DNA of 38,829 nucleotides from Conidiobolus incongruus B7586 (Eukaryota): NCBI GenBank assembly GCA_000697335.1, contig JNEM01010205.1, positions 1 to 38,829 of the forward strand, read 5' to 3'. Shown piece by piece: positions 22,724 to 36,341 of this stretch (position 1 is its first letter; each line of letters starts with the position of its first letter). The notes under the pieces were generated by a model. It saw only the letters and a program-made list of their open reading frames with translations, ran no database searches and was not told where the DNA came from. The position numbers and the translations under genes were made by a program.

Positions 22724-23820
22724 ATTGATTATTGTTATTATTTTAAAATATAAAAAGAAAATAAACCTAATTTAATAGTAACTGTGCATTATTAATCCAA
22801 CCTGAAGATTAAAATAATTCAGGGCAAATTAAAAACCAATCAATGGTCCATGATATCATAATGATGTTTGTTAGGGTTGATTGAATGCCGAATTTCTAAA
22901 TTTGTTTAAATTGTAATTGGATGGCAAATATTTATTGAATAATTTCTATAATTTTTTTGTATGTACGATATTAATTTAAAACGGAATATAAATATTTAAT
23001 TCATAGTGGTATTTGAAGTGTTAGTGATATTAAAATATTTGATATCTTTTTTATTTTAGTATATTGAATAATATTGGATTTTGATTGGCTAGTTATTTGT
23101 CATGATTTTATAATATTATGGATTAGCATGAGGAGGGGGCTTATCAAAATGAATTAAGGTTAATGCCAAATAAATAGAGGTTAAGTCAATTGATTTAAAA
23201 TGAAAAATCACAGTGACCTGAGTATTTCGTCATATTTATGATTACTCTCCCATCGGTTACTAGGTATATAATAAGTATTATACACTTAATAATATCATTG
23301 AATGTAATAACAAAATTGATAAAATCAATTTTAAATAATATTGTTTAAATTTACAAAATTTGTAAAGGCTTTATTAATCAACCATTAATCACATATTAGG
23401 ATATTTTTTGAATATTGATTAATTTTTTGTTAAAATTAAGAGTAAATGTATTAATATTTAAAGTATACTATAACTGTTATATATAGCTCTTATATTGATT
23501 ATTAAAACATAGAATATTTGATTCGAAATTATAAATCATTTGTTGGCATCAATTCGAACATAGCAATTGAATGGTGAATATGTTTATAATAGATGAATAT
23601 AAATATAGTATATGAATATTATCTATTGGAATATTAATATATAAAAGTAATTCAAAAAAGACAAAATCAAAATAAAACATAAATAAAATTTTGAATAAAA
23701 TTGAAATATCTAGTCATAAAAATAATTAATTCATAGGTTACCAAAAATGTAAAAGAATTAAATAAGATAAATGAAAAGAAAAATAGCTATTTAATTAATT
23801 ATGTTTTACACCATATTCAA

Positions 23821-23893
23821 GCTGTCGTTGTGTAGTGGTTATCACATCTGCTTTACACGCAGAAGGTCCTCGGTTCGATCCCGGGCGATAGCA
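23821..23893 (+). tRNA. tRNA-Val (TAC), intronless
   Basis: Acceptor GCTGTCG/CGATAGC, anticodon arm TCTGC-TTTACAC-GCAGA, T arm CTCGG-TTCGATC-CCGGG, with a downstream T-run. Confidence 0.95.
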
Positions 23894-26800
23894 TTCATTT
23901 ACTTGCGTTCTTTTTAATTCTTGAATTTATTGATCTAATAGTTGATATCAATCTTTTTTTTATAATTGACTTACATTCACAATTCCACATATCAACTTTC
24001 AAGAATTCTACAATTCTTTTAGATATATTAATTTTAAATATCAATATATTTTCATTTTATATATATAATGAAGTTATTTTAAAATTGAAATTCAAATTTC
24101 AAAAATTATCTAAATTAATTTCTAAAATGCTTCAATTGAATTTCTATTGACAATAAATCATGATTCAAATATTATAATTTAATAAATATTTAATTATCCA
24201 TTTTTTATAATAATAATAATTTAAAATTATCAAATTTGCCAAAATATAATTTAAAATTAAGCTTAAATATTAAATGCTGCCAAAATTTGTCCATTTACAC
24301 TAAAAATTTATTAAATATAAATATTCTGGTAACGCAAAAAATCAAAATATTAACTTGATGTAGTTAAAATTATAGCCAACATTGATAGAAGAGAAAATCC
24401 CAGGAAAACTTGAAAGGTCTTCAAAATAAATACTGGTGTCAGGTATCAATGTAGTAAGGCAATTTTGTTTGCATATGGTTCTCAACTTGTATTTAATCTA
24501 TTTATTTTTAATATTGTTTTAATAGATAGTGTTGATGCCATTATTCAATCAATTAATAAGCCTAAAATCGAGATTTTATTAAGTTTTTATATTTTTATTA
24601 TATTGTGAATCAAATTAATTAAAATTGGCTGAATCTGAGAAATTTCATATATTTAATATAATGCGAATAACAAAGTTGTTTCATTGAACTTTGAAATTTG
24701 ATTTGAATGAATATAAGAGGCAAATTTGATTGCTTGAGATTTTACAATTATTATGTTTGTATATGATATTAATAAAAGACTTCCTCAAGTTATGTAATAT
24801 TTTTAACCTTGGTATTTTAATATTTGTAATAAATTGGGTTAGTATTTATTATTTCAGAGAATATATATTTACCCAACTGGAAAATTGCTTTTGAGATTAA
24901 TAATTATGATGATTAACAATTGATCAACTCATTTTTAGAAGTTGGGGATCCAGATAGTATTGCATTTTGGTAGATGTTCAAAACATAAATTTGAGAATTT
25001 TGATAAATTTATCCAAAATGTAGTAAAATCAAGAAGTTAATAAATATAAATCAATTATTTATTTAATGAATTGGATAGTAAATATTTATTCAATACACAT
25101 ATATATATATTTATACATTTGAGATAAATGGTGGTTAAAATGAATTTGTTCAACTTTTAAAATTATTTACTTGTATATCAGAATAACATCAAATAATATG
25201 ATTAATATATTGTTTGTAGTAACAAAGGTAAATACTGGAAAGTAAAAAATCCGAAATAGCTAGTAAAAACTTGAAATACTAAGGTATGTTATCGTATACA
25301 TTTTACATTTTTTAATCCATTATGTATGTTATATACTTTGTCAAAGTTGGTAACACCTATTTTATAAATAAGTAAAGCCATCAAAAGCTTGATTTGAGAT
25401 TGGGAAATATAACTATGATATTAAAATTAGCCTCTATTTTGTTTTACCTAAGCAAAGCAATTGCTGTTTTGATTATGAAAAACATTTTTAAATTTTTTTA
25501 ATATATCACAGAATAAATACCAAAATCAGTAATATAAATCATTAAGATCCATATTCATATAGGTACTGTATTTAGCATGATGTATTAAAAATATGACTAC
25601 ATAAAGTTTAAGTTCTGTATATAATCTTGTCCTTCAGATTTCAGTGTTTTTTTAAATAATCAATTTATTTAAATTATAAGAGAAAAATAAGTTGAAACCT
25701 TGAATGATGTATTTGCATGAATTTGACATAGTTATTATTCTAGGATGATACCTTATAAGCAACTTTACTAACATAGATAATTGCAATACAAGCATAAAGA
25801 TTCAGTAGTAGTAGTTAATAACCCATATCCATCTTAATAGCCAAAAAAGTGGAAAATTATTAACTCTCAAACTTAGAATATAAAAATAATGTCATATAGA
25901 TATGACGTTGTGTCATTCAAAAATAGTTTTAAAATATAGTATCCTAGTCTTAATAGATAATACAGTTCCATATTTAGTTTTTTAATAATATATAAATTTT
26001 TTTATTTAATTGACCTCATATAAATTATCAAAAAATGTTTTAGTATTTAATATTGAATAAATGAATAATATTAGAAATATTACCAAATAATATAGAGTTC
26101 AAATGTATTTTCAAATTTCTTTTTTTACAATATATTTACAAAATATAAACTTGAATATAATATAAAAGCATGGAGTATTATTAATGAAATCTTATTGAAT
26201 CTCACATGTACTTAATTGATGTTTTATTTTATATTATTCAAATTAGCGAACTTTACAACATATTGGATATTGCTTTCATAATTGCAATTTTAAGTTCAAT
26301 TGAAATTATTTTGCATTTATTTTTTAATATTTTAATTTTATTATCATTAAAAATAATTTCCAATTAAGTATAATAAATATTAGAATTAATTAATATATAA
26401 TGGTGAATTCTAATTCAAAATAAGATTTTTAAATTAGTGATATTTGGTTGTTGAAAACTTTCAATTTTCCTGTATTTGATAATTAATCAATTTATATTAT
26501 GATATTTCATTGTTGCCGAGATTTAAGCTCTTGAACCAATATGTGTTGAAATAATATTTTTAGATTCTATAGTATAATACCATACAAATTATATTCTGAT
26601 AATCTAAAGAAACAGGTTTTGGGTTTATTTATAAGTAATTTTGGCATTTTATTGTGGATTTGGACAACATTTGAAAATTAATATAATTAACAATATTGAA
26701 TACCAATTCAAATCAAAAATATTCTGAATCCACATCAAAACTATTTGAACCAATTATAGATAAAGTAGAAGGAATGGTATATTGATATATGTATATAATA

Positions 26801-27118
26801 ACTGATTAGACAATGGTTAATGGTTACTGAATTAGCCACTCTAAACCGAATTGCCGAAGATCCGCATAAATAATAATTTCATTTTGATTTGATGTCAATT
26901 GCCAAATTTCATAGCCAACATTTATTAATTTTGCAATTCGATCATTTAGTTTGATATATCCAAGGTGAGCGCCGTGTGATACTGGCGTTACAATCAACAT
27001 CAAAATATTCGCATTGGCTTCAAGTGTTCGTTGCAACGAGTAATATAAAAATCACGATGTTTTATACTCATTCATATCAGTAATAGTTTGTCAATTAATT
27101 AATTAAATATTCTATAAC

Positions 27119-29186
27119 ATGAAATTCGAAAACGTTATTGTTGCTCTCCTATACTCCGGTGCCCTCATTGCTCAACCCATCAATACTTCCCAAGGATTAG
27201 ATCATTCCGCTCATTTGGAGCGCAGAACTTTCGGTCTCATTTTCCCCCTCATTAATAGTCTTTTGGGTGGTAAGAAAAAATACGAAAATCACAACAGCCA
27301 CAACAGCAACAGCAGCAATAATAGTTCCAATAACCAAAACAATAGCCAAACGAACAATAATAACAACAGTCAGACCAACAACAACACCCACAATCAAACG
27401 AACAATAATCAAAGCAATGTTACTAATAACAATACCACTAACGAAACCAACAATTGGCTGAACAACTTCTTCAATAATAACAACAACCAAGTCACTAACA
27501 ACAATCAGAATAACTTCCAGAACAACAACCAGAATAACTTCCAGAACAACAACCAGAATAACTTCCAGAACAGCAATCAGAATAACCTCCAGAACAACAG
27601 CCAAATTACCAACAACACCACTAACACTGTCACCAACAACACTACTAATAACGTCACTAACAACGTCACCAACAACGTCACCAACAACACTACTAACAAC
27701 ACTGTTAACAACAATAACAACAACACTACTAATAACAATAACAATAACACTACTAACAACAATAATAATACTACCACTAACAATAACCAGACCAATACTT
27801 CCAATAATAACAATAATAACACTACCAATAACAATTCCTCTAACAACACCAGTAATAACAATAATAGCACCACCAACAACAACTCTTCTAATAACACCAA
27901 CAACTCTAACAACACCAACAATACTTCTAATAACACCGACAACTCCTCTAACAACACCAACAACTCCTCTAACAACACCAACAATACTTCTAATAACACT
28001 AACAACTCCTCTAACAACACCAACAATACCTCTAACAACACCAACAATACTTCTAATAACACCAACAACTCTAACAACACCAACAATACTTCTAATAACA
28101 CTAACAACTCCTCTAACAACACCAACAATACCTCTAACAACACCAATAACTCTTCTAATAACACCAACAACCTCTAACAACACCAACAATACTTCTAATA
28201 ACACCAACAATACTTCTAATAACACCAACAACTCTAACAACACCAACAATACTTCTAATAACACTAACAACTCTAACAACACCAACAATACTTCTAATAA
28301 CACTAACAACTCCTCTAACAACACCAACAATACCTCTAACAACACCAACAATACTTCTAATAACACCAACAACTCTAACAACACCAACAATACTTCTAAT
28401 AACACTAACAACTCCTCTAACAACACCAACAATACCTCTAACAACACCAACAATACTTCTAATAACACCAACAACTCTAACAACACCAACAATACTTCTA
28501 ATAACACTAACAACTCCTCTAACAACACCAACAATACCTCTAACAACACCAATAACTCTTCTAGCAACACAAATAATTCTTCTGACAACAGCTCCAACTC
28601 CTCCAACTCTTCTAACAATAGCTCCAACTCCTCCTCCAACTCCTCCAACTCTTCTAACAATAGCTCCAACTCCTCCAACAACTCCTCCAACTCCTCTAAC
28701 AACTCCTCCAACTCCTCTAACAACTCCTCCAACTCCTCTAACAACAGCTCCGACTCTTCTAACAACAGCTCTAACTCCTCTAACAACAGCTCTAACTCCT
28801 CTAACAACAGCTCTAACTCCTCTAACAGTAGTTCTAACACCTCCAATTCCTCCAATTCCTCCAATTCCTCCAATTCCTCCAATTCCTCCAATTCCTCTAA
28901 TAACAGCTCCAACTCCTCCAACAGCTCCTCCAATTCCTCAAATAATTCCTCCAACTCCAGTGGTGACAACTCTCCCAATGGCGACAAGAAATGTGTGGAC
29001 CCTGCCGACACTAAGGATCCTTGCAATGATCCCAACAACCATGGCCACAATCAACACAGCTGCCCTCCCAAGTGCGATTCTTCTAAGGATCCCAAGGACC
29101 CTACCAACTCTACTGGCTCTACTTCTGACCCCAAGAAGCCCGACAATGGCTACCCACTTCCTAGCTACCCTCTCCCCAAGTTTTAA
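27119..29186 (+). CDS. Secreted Asn/Thr/Ser-rich repeat protein (about 688 aa if the 1-nt frameshift near 28171 is corrected)
   Basis: Signal-like MKFENVIVALLYSGALIA, then an LERR dibasic site and long NNT/NNS repeats. After an extra C at 28171-28172 the same repeats continue in another frame to a Cys/Pro-containing tail ending NGYPLPSYPLPKF-stop. Confidence 0.85.
27880..28960 (+). repeat. Coding minisatellite of 18/21-nt units (NNTNNS, NNTNNTS, NNSSNSS) and a (TCCAATTCC)n run
   Basis: Directly visible tandem units such as AACAACACCAACAATACTTCT. Confidence 0.9.
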
Positions 29187-29961
29187 GCATTAGTTAGAGA
29201 GCAATTAATAACTGTTAAGAAAATTTTACTAACTCATAATCTACTTTAAATGTTTTAACCAAATAAATAATAATTAAAATAATATTTATTTTCTATATTA
29301 TTTAACCATATTTGGTAATATTCTTGATTAAAATAAGTATAAAAATAAATTTTAAAAATAAATGTGATTAAATTAATATCATTAATTGGCAAAATCAAAA
29401 TTAAAATAGTTTGACATTCACTTAGTTCAATAGCTTTATAACTTAAATTTAGTTCCTACGAATCCTTAGGCGTTCGTCAAGGCCACGGCGCTCAAGTCAA
29501 TCATTTTATTTGTGTATGTAACACATTCATAAAAGCTTTTAATAAATTTAATCTAAACTTTGAAAATGGTGTATTTTTGTTATAAATATTCATCAATTGT
29601 TGATCAAATATTGTTATTGTAACATTCAAATTTCAATAATTAAATGATTGACTGATTACTATTTTGGAATAACAATTGCATTGAATAAATGAAATCCAAT
29701 ATAATTAAGTTATGATTCATACTGTTGAATCAAATGTAAAGGAAAGATTTCATTTAACATATATCATGTAGAGAATTTGAAATAGTAATATATTGTATTA
29801 TAGTCATATTATTGTAGGTGATTTATTATAATAGGATATTTAACAAATATTAATATACTATAATATAGAATTTGAATAAGGATTGAATATTAGGATTGTC
29901 ATTAGAATTACTTAATATAATTACTGGATTATAATATTGATTGTCAAAATATTGTCCAAGT

Positions 29962-32267
29962 TTAATGATCATGGTCATGGTCGTGGTCATGATCGTGATC
30001 TGATCCTTTGCCACCAATCATATTGTTTTCCTTCATATGCTTGTGAACCAGACAATTGGGTTTGGAACAAGGTAATGGCGAGGTGGGACGACGAATTACA
30101 GTCTCGGAAACCTTTCCTTTGATTGGGGTGTGGCTAGTGGATCGTTCTCTTCTGGTAGTGGGAACTGCGCCGGGCGGGCTGGTGGAGCTCTTGAGCATGG
30201 AGGCTGCAGTGGGACGATACAAGTTACTCGTTCTGGAGGACGATTTGCTTGGGGTAGTAGATTTAGATGGAATAACTTCTGATTTAGATTTGAGATGGGA
30301 AGTAGGAGTTGAGACACGGCTCGATTTAGTAGAAGATTGGCTAGTTGTACTTGGAGATCGAACCGGGATTTTTTGCGCTTGCGGCGATTGTGGAGATAAT
30401 GGAGTTTTGGGAGTGAATACATCTGCCAGTTTGGCCATTTCATTATCATCAAACTTGGCCTTTTCTTTGAGCCAGTCCATAAGCTCATACGGAGATTTGG
30501 GAACTTGGTTAGCGAACCATTCTTCTTTATCGCTTTCAAATTGTTCTCTATCCCGATTCAAATTGGATTGGTCATCCTTAAGCTTTTGCAACAATCGATT
30601 AATCTCATCACGGTGATTAGTTAATTCGCTTTGCTTTTTCTCCAAAAGTTGAATTTCTTCAGTTAATTTTGGACTAAAATAGTTGAGAATATATTTCAGA
30701 AAGTAAGTTAATCAATATACCTTGAAATATTACTGAGAAATTCTGTATCATCCGGTTTATTTACATGTTCCTCAATCAGTGTCTTTTGTTGATTGACGAC
30801 CATACTGAGCTCATCTATTTAATAATAAAACAAATAGTGTTAAAAAAGATAGAATAATTGGATTTAAAATTAGAGTATATATAAATAATAATATATGAAT
30901 AATAGTCAAAAGAGAATTAATCGATCTAGTCATAGGATTGAGGTGGTTGGTGATAAATAGAAATTCCAGAATTTATTAAGGTGATATGCGAAAATACAGC
31001 TGTGATGAGTTGAACTATTTACTAATAATTTATTACAATCTCCTACCTGCTTGTTTTTGCATTGTATTGAGATTCTGTGTCAATTTTTTGATATCTTGTT
31101 TGAGTTTCAGAATTTGAGCGTCCTTCTCAAGTAGCTTCTGATTAGAAGCTGATGTCTGTGTTGATGACGATCCATCAAGAGCTGCTGTTTGTGTACTCAT
31201 ATCGTGCATTGTAGGAGGAGCTGGAGGTTGATTCATTGATTGGTGGCGTTTCCACAATTCCTCTAAACGATCTAATAAATTTTGTATGCTCTGTTCAACT
31301 ACGCCTTCCTCACTATCAACCTCCAAATGCTTCTCTAATAGGGTTAATTCACTTGATTTAAGGCTGTTGTTTGAAAGTTCTTGATCAATAAATGTACGAA
31401 CACCCTGGAATAAGTTCAAAAGATGTGTTTTAACTTTTGAAAGTTCGTCATTCCAAACTTTTTCCCTATCAATATAATTTTTAACAATCGAGTTGTAGTA
31501 CTCTTGTTCACTACCGGGTTTCGAAACCAGCGATTCAGCAGATTTGGGGATTGGATTTAATAAAGTTAATCCCAACATTGAACCTGATTTAATTTTATCA
31601 TTCAATAACTTTTGCACCTTTTCTTTGTTCTTATTCACTTCGATTTCTTTCCTCTTAATATCATGCTGAAATTGTACTTTGTTCTGCTGATAGCTCAATC
31701 TCAACTTATTCGTTTCTGAGTTTAATTGTTTGACTTTATCGCCTAGAGCTTTGAGCTCTTTTTGTGTGAGACTAAGAGTGGCTTCTTGCGATGCGCTCTG
31801 GCGTTGTGAACTTTCGAATTTCGTTTTAAACTTATTAGCTGTTCTAGTAAGGTGTTCGTTATCCTCTTCAAGTAATCGATATCTTTCTTGAATGTCTAAT
31901 CTGTGACGTGAATGACTCTGAAACACAAAAATTGTCAATATTGTTAATGAAATTGATTGATTTATCACAATGATAAAAAATAATATCAAACAAAGGATAA
32001 ATACAAAAGAATTTATAATTACCTCTTGTTCCAATAATAAATCTTCCATTATTGAAATAACTTTAGCACTTCCTGGATGACTCAAATCTAAATCGAGTTG
32101 AGAGTATCCCTTAGAAGTTAGTTGATAATTAACTCTGTTTAAATTCTGACTTAAATCTTGTTGAATTGCTTCATCCAGCCTAAATAAAGACAATGAATAA
32201 TTTGAATTAATTATAGGGCTGGTAAAAATTACTGAGCGAGATAAGGATCATTAGGAGGTTGAGCCAT
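29962..32267 (-). CDS. Afadin/alpha-actinin-binding (ADIP/SSX2IP/Msd1-like) coiled-coil protein; 5 exons
   Basis: Exons 32267-32233, 32179-32023, 31917-31047, 30814-30721 and 30673-29962. N-terminal LNRVNYQLTSKGY...VISIMEDLL, then coiled coil with QFQHDIKRKEIEVNKNKEKVQKLL, typical of ADIP domains. Ser/Pro-rich tail ending in (DH)n. Confidence 0.75.
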
Positions 32268-34677
32268 TATATAAAATATTAAATGAAAGAAGATAGAAGA
32301 TAAAAATTTATTAAGTGTTTTGGGTTAAATGATTAAAGGTTATTTATATTGTAAATTAATTTGCTTTTATTTTAATGATTAAATTATTAATTTTCTCATG
32401 ATAAATCAATAATTTTATAAATTGTTTCTTTGTTATGGGATCTAGTTCTAGATATGATTATTTAAGGATTGATGTAAGTAATTAATATGCATTTTTGATA
32501 CAAATTGATATATATTGTTGTTTGATTAATAGAGTCATAATCATAGCAGCTGATTTGCCATTTATTATTGTTTGAATTTTTTTCTTATAACCAAACTATA
32601 ACCTTTTTGATTGTAAGAATATCGATTTTCATAAAATTATTATTTGATTGAATTGTTAAATTTCTAGTACAAAATATATAATTTGTGTCATTTAACCTAT
32701 ATCAATATATATTTTTATAAAAAATTTGCATAAACTAAGATTAATAACTTCAGTGACAGATAGAATAAAACCAACAATCATCCATTTATTAGTATTCTTA
32801 TTACTTGGAAATAATGATATAAGGTTTCAATTTTCATAATATCATATGAATAAAATAGCTGGAATATTGTTTAAACATTTATGATATCATCAAGAAGCAT
32901 TATTTTATATATTCGTACTAATGTTATTCAAAATAGATACTGTATCATTCCAATGAACTCAGTTGAGCATTATATGACTATCTTAAATAGAAAATGTATA
33001 TTATTTGTTTTCAAAAATTTAGTGTAGTAACAGCATTGTTGTTATAAAGGAAATTTTTGGTTAATTTAATTATAAATATTTTTATCATTTCCATATACAG
33101 CTATAAATATTTTATCGTATAATACACTTTTACAATATGATCTTAATTATAATAAACTGAATTAAGTGAGAATTTTAACTATAAGTTATGATATCTACTC
33201 TAACATCTTCAAAGAATTTAACAACTTAATACATATTTCTTCAAACAATATAGTAGCAATTATTAGATAAAGTATTTATAAACTGATATTTGTATCAATA
33301 TCATTAGATTTAATATCAGTCCTCATGAATCCTGGAAGATATTTAATACAAAATTAATAATATTCTTGTATTTCAACAGTGTTGCAATTATTTTTCAAGA
33401 GATTAAGAATTATAAGTATGGTAAAGCTTAAATTAATATTAAAAGACAAATTCTCATCCATCTTAATTTTGTCATGATAATGTAGGTGGTCAATGGTGTT
33501 AATACATGAAGGAGTAATTATCAAAGGGAAAATTTTCATTATAATTAGAATTGAATAAATAAATGGGAATATGTCTGATAATTTTCAAGCTATTTAGTGA
33601 TCTCTCTATTGATTAGTAGTATATATAGTTTTAGATGTAAATGAATGTTTCCAAACTTTTCTTATTTTGATATAATACAGATATCTTGGACTTTGAAATT
33701 TTGACAATTTTTAATCTTTCAAAAACTGAAAATAAGTCGGAATTTTTTTAAAATCCTAGATGTTATAAAAATTCTTGAAAACTTATTAAATAATCTTGAA
33801 TTAGATATTTAGTCTGGTCCAAATTAAAACAATAATCACTGATATATCATAAATTAATTGACTTTAGTGTATTTAAGAGTCAAGGAGCTAAAGTAAATTT
33901 TTATTTATTCAAATCATATTAAACTTTATTTTAAACTTGTAATATCAATAATTGGTATATTACCAAATTATTTAATATACATCAAACTTATTATCTAATA
34001 ATTTTTATGTATGTGTTCATATTATTTATATTTAAATGATTAGGTATTTTATCAATTTGCAAATATAGGATATTTTCAGTTCAAAATATTCAAATATTTT
34101 GATATTCAACTAATTAATGATGTAATAGTTTATATAAATAAATATAACATATCTAATATTCAAACTAAACACGATTACTCATCAATTTAGTGTAATTACC
34201 AATCCTATATTTATATTATGTTGATAAATATCAGATATAACAGAATACAGCTAAGTTCTAGCAAAGCATGTACTTGCATATTATGTAAAATCATCAATAA
34301 TAATCTGTATCAATAAAAATTATAGCCAAAATTATTGAAAAACATTCAATTATTAATAGTTTTTAAATTAAAATATTAGAAAATAATTTTTTAATATATT
34401 TTAAGATTTTAATCAAACGGTCTCATTAACCCTGGATGATATACAAGTAAACACTTGGCCTAAATAGAATTAGATCGCTATTATCAAGACATATAAATGA
34501 ATCTACTTATAGCCATAGAAATTATTACAATGAAGTTTTTCTGATATTTACTTTTAATAGTTTGTGAATGAGAAATTAAGTTCTTGTATTAATAACTAAT
34601 GTCATTTAAATAAATTAAAATTTATTCTAAGAGTTTAGTAATTCATTAACAAAATATATTTTAATCTATCATTATAC

Positions 34678-35011
34678 TAACACGTCTTGGGAAAGCCATG
34701 TCTAGACTAGTTTAAGTAAAAACGAGAGATCTGGGGAATTCCAGGTAAGTGTTAAAGAGATAGGGGGTTTATTGGTTTAGGTCAAATAGCTGGGAGGACC
34801 CAGATCGAACTCTTTCTCCTGAGGATAGCTCTAATTCCAGGTTTTATATAGAGTGAGTTGGGTAAGGTGATTCATGAGATTCTCCGGTGACTTGCATCAT
34901 TGGCCAATTAAAAGATAGAGCGGAAGCAGATGGTATGCGAGTGGGAAACGACTTTAACATTAGGTTGATGTAAGAATACTTGGATAGAAGAGAGTCACCT
35001 GACTCGTGACA
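34678..35011 (-). mobile_element. Solo LTR (334 bp) of an LTR retrotransposon
   Basis: GC-elevated block. On the minus strand it starts TGTCACG and ends CGTGTTA (imperfect inverted termini). It is flanked by a direct repeat ATAC (34674-34677 and 35012-35015) and contains TATATAAAA (34842-34850) upstream of AATAAA (34768-34773). Confidence 0.75.
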
Positions 35012-36321
35012 ATACTTACGATTAATCAATGTCAGTGTTTTATTAATTGGGAAAAATTTATTTACCATTGAATCATGTACATTTAATTTGTATTCAATAT
35101 AATTACATTTGTTATTTTATATTTCATCCCAAATTAAGGATTTTTCAATTATCAATAATATATTGCTAGTCAATATTTAATAATTGGAATATTACAGAAG
35201 TACGAAAATTGCCATATATAAAATAATTTGAATTTCCAAATTAATATATCAGTTGGATACTATAGCACAATTAGACCAAATCAATAAATATGTATCAGGA
35301 TTGGTTAAATCTAATATAACAAAAATTATTTCAATTAATTTGCAAGATGAATATCCCCTGAAAAACGCTTCAATATCTGCACAAATCTTAACATAACAGT
35401 TTTGATTGCAATTTATGAACTTTATCAATTTATTAATACTTTTAGTACATTTAAATATAATAACTAATTCTTTAATTATAGATTGATTAATTTCTAAAAA
35501 AATTTCTATGTGGAGATATTAAAAATGGAAACTTCAAAAGCATTTATATATTTATGTAATAAATCTTTCAGAATATATTATCAACCATTATTGTAATTGA
35601 CAATGAAATATTATCAAGACGAACACATAATAAAAGTGTATTTATAAATAATATATATATTTTTTGCAATAGTTGTATTTAATAACTCATAATTTTTGCT
35701 TTAACAATTCAAAATTATATTAATGCTCCATTAATTAAATATAAAAATGACATTAATTGTGATCAATTATCATATAGATATTAAGTAGAATTGTTCCAAT
35801 ATTACATATAATTGATAAATGAAATTTTATTTAAAAATAATAATTATGTAACCTTATATTATGATTATTTCATATAAAGCATCCATGCTATTTTTCAAAA
35901 GTCAAGAGTGATTTTATTTATTTATAAGTTTTTATTAACGCCAATAGTATTAGCATTCTTTTTTTACCAGTTTTTAATTTTGATAACTGAAATTTATCGG
36001 GTAACACGACTATGAAATTTCATTTACAATTCAAAGCCTATGGGATAAAATTAATTCAAAAAATGTGATTATGTACAAACTGTCACAATCTGATCATAGG
36101 CTAAATTTTTATGCAATAATCCGTTATTAGGAAACAATTTATTTGTTAGGTGAATTAATTATTGTTGCCTTGCTTAAATTAGCATTTGAACTCTAATCGA
36201 AGTTAGTTGTGTCAAAGAGCTTAAATTCAAGGTGATGCTGTGCTTCGAAATCTCACCGGTATTTTGCTGAATTAGCATTCATTTAAAGAGTATTATTAAT
36301 AATAAAATCATGATAAACTCA

Positions 36322-36341
36322 ATATATATATATATATATAT
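36322..36341. repeat. (AT)n microsatellite
   Basis: Run of about 10 AT units. Confidence 0.8.

Noticed and set aside
24300..25400. Slightly GC-elevated patches that might be a decayed gene or element
   Set aside because: No sustained reading frame, splice pattern or termini could be established by eye.
27880..28960. Repeat array considered as CRISPR or telomeric
   Set aside because: No unique spacers; the units are multiples of 3 nt within a coding frame in a eukaryotic context.
27197..29050. Long Leu/Val/Glu-rich minus-strand ORFs (617 aa and 197 aa)
   Set aside because: Antisense shadows of AAC/TCT/ACC repeats. The plus strand has the signal peptide and a coherent protein.
30056..30616. 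186-aa plus-strand ORF
   Set aside because: Antisense to the last exon of the ADIP-like gene.
34844..35068. 74-aa ORF
   Set aside because: It straddles the solo-LTR boundary and has no protein features.
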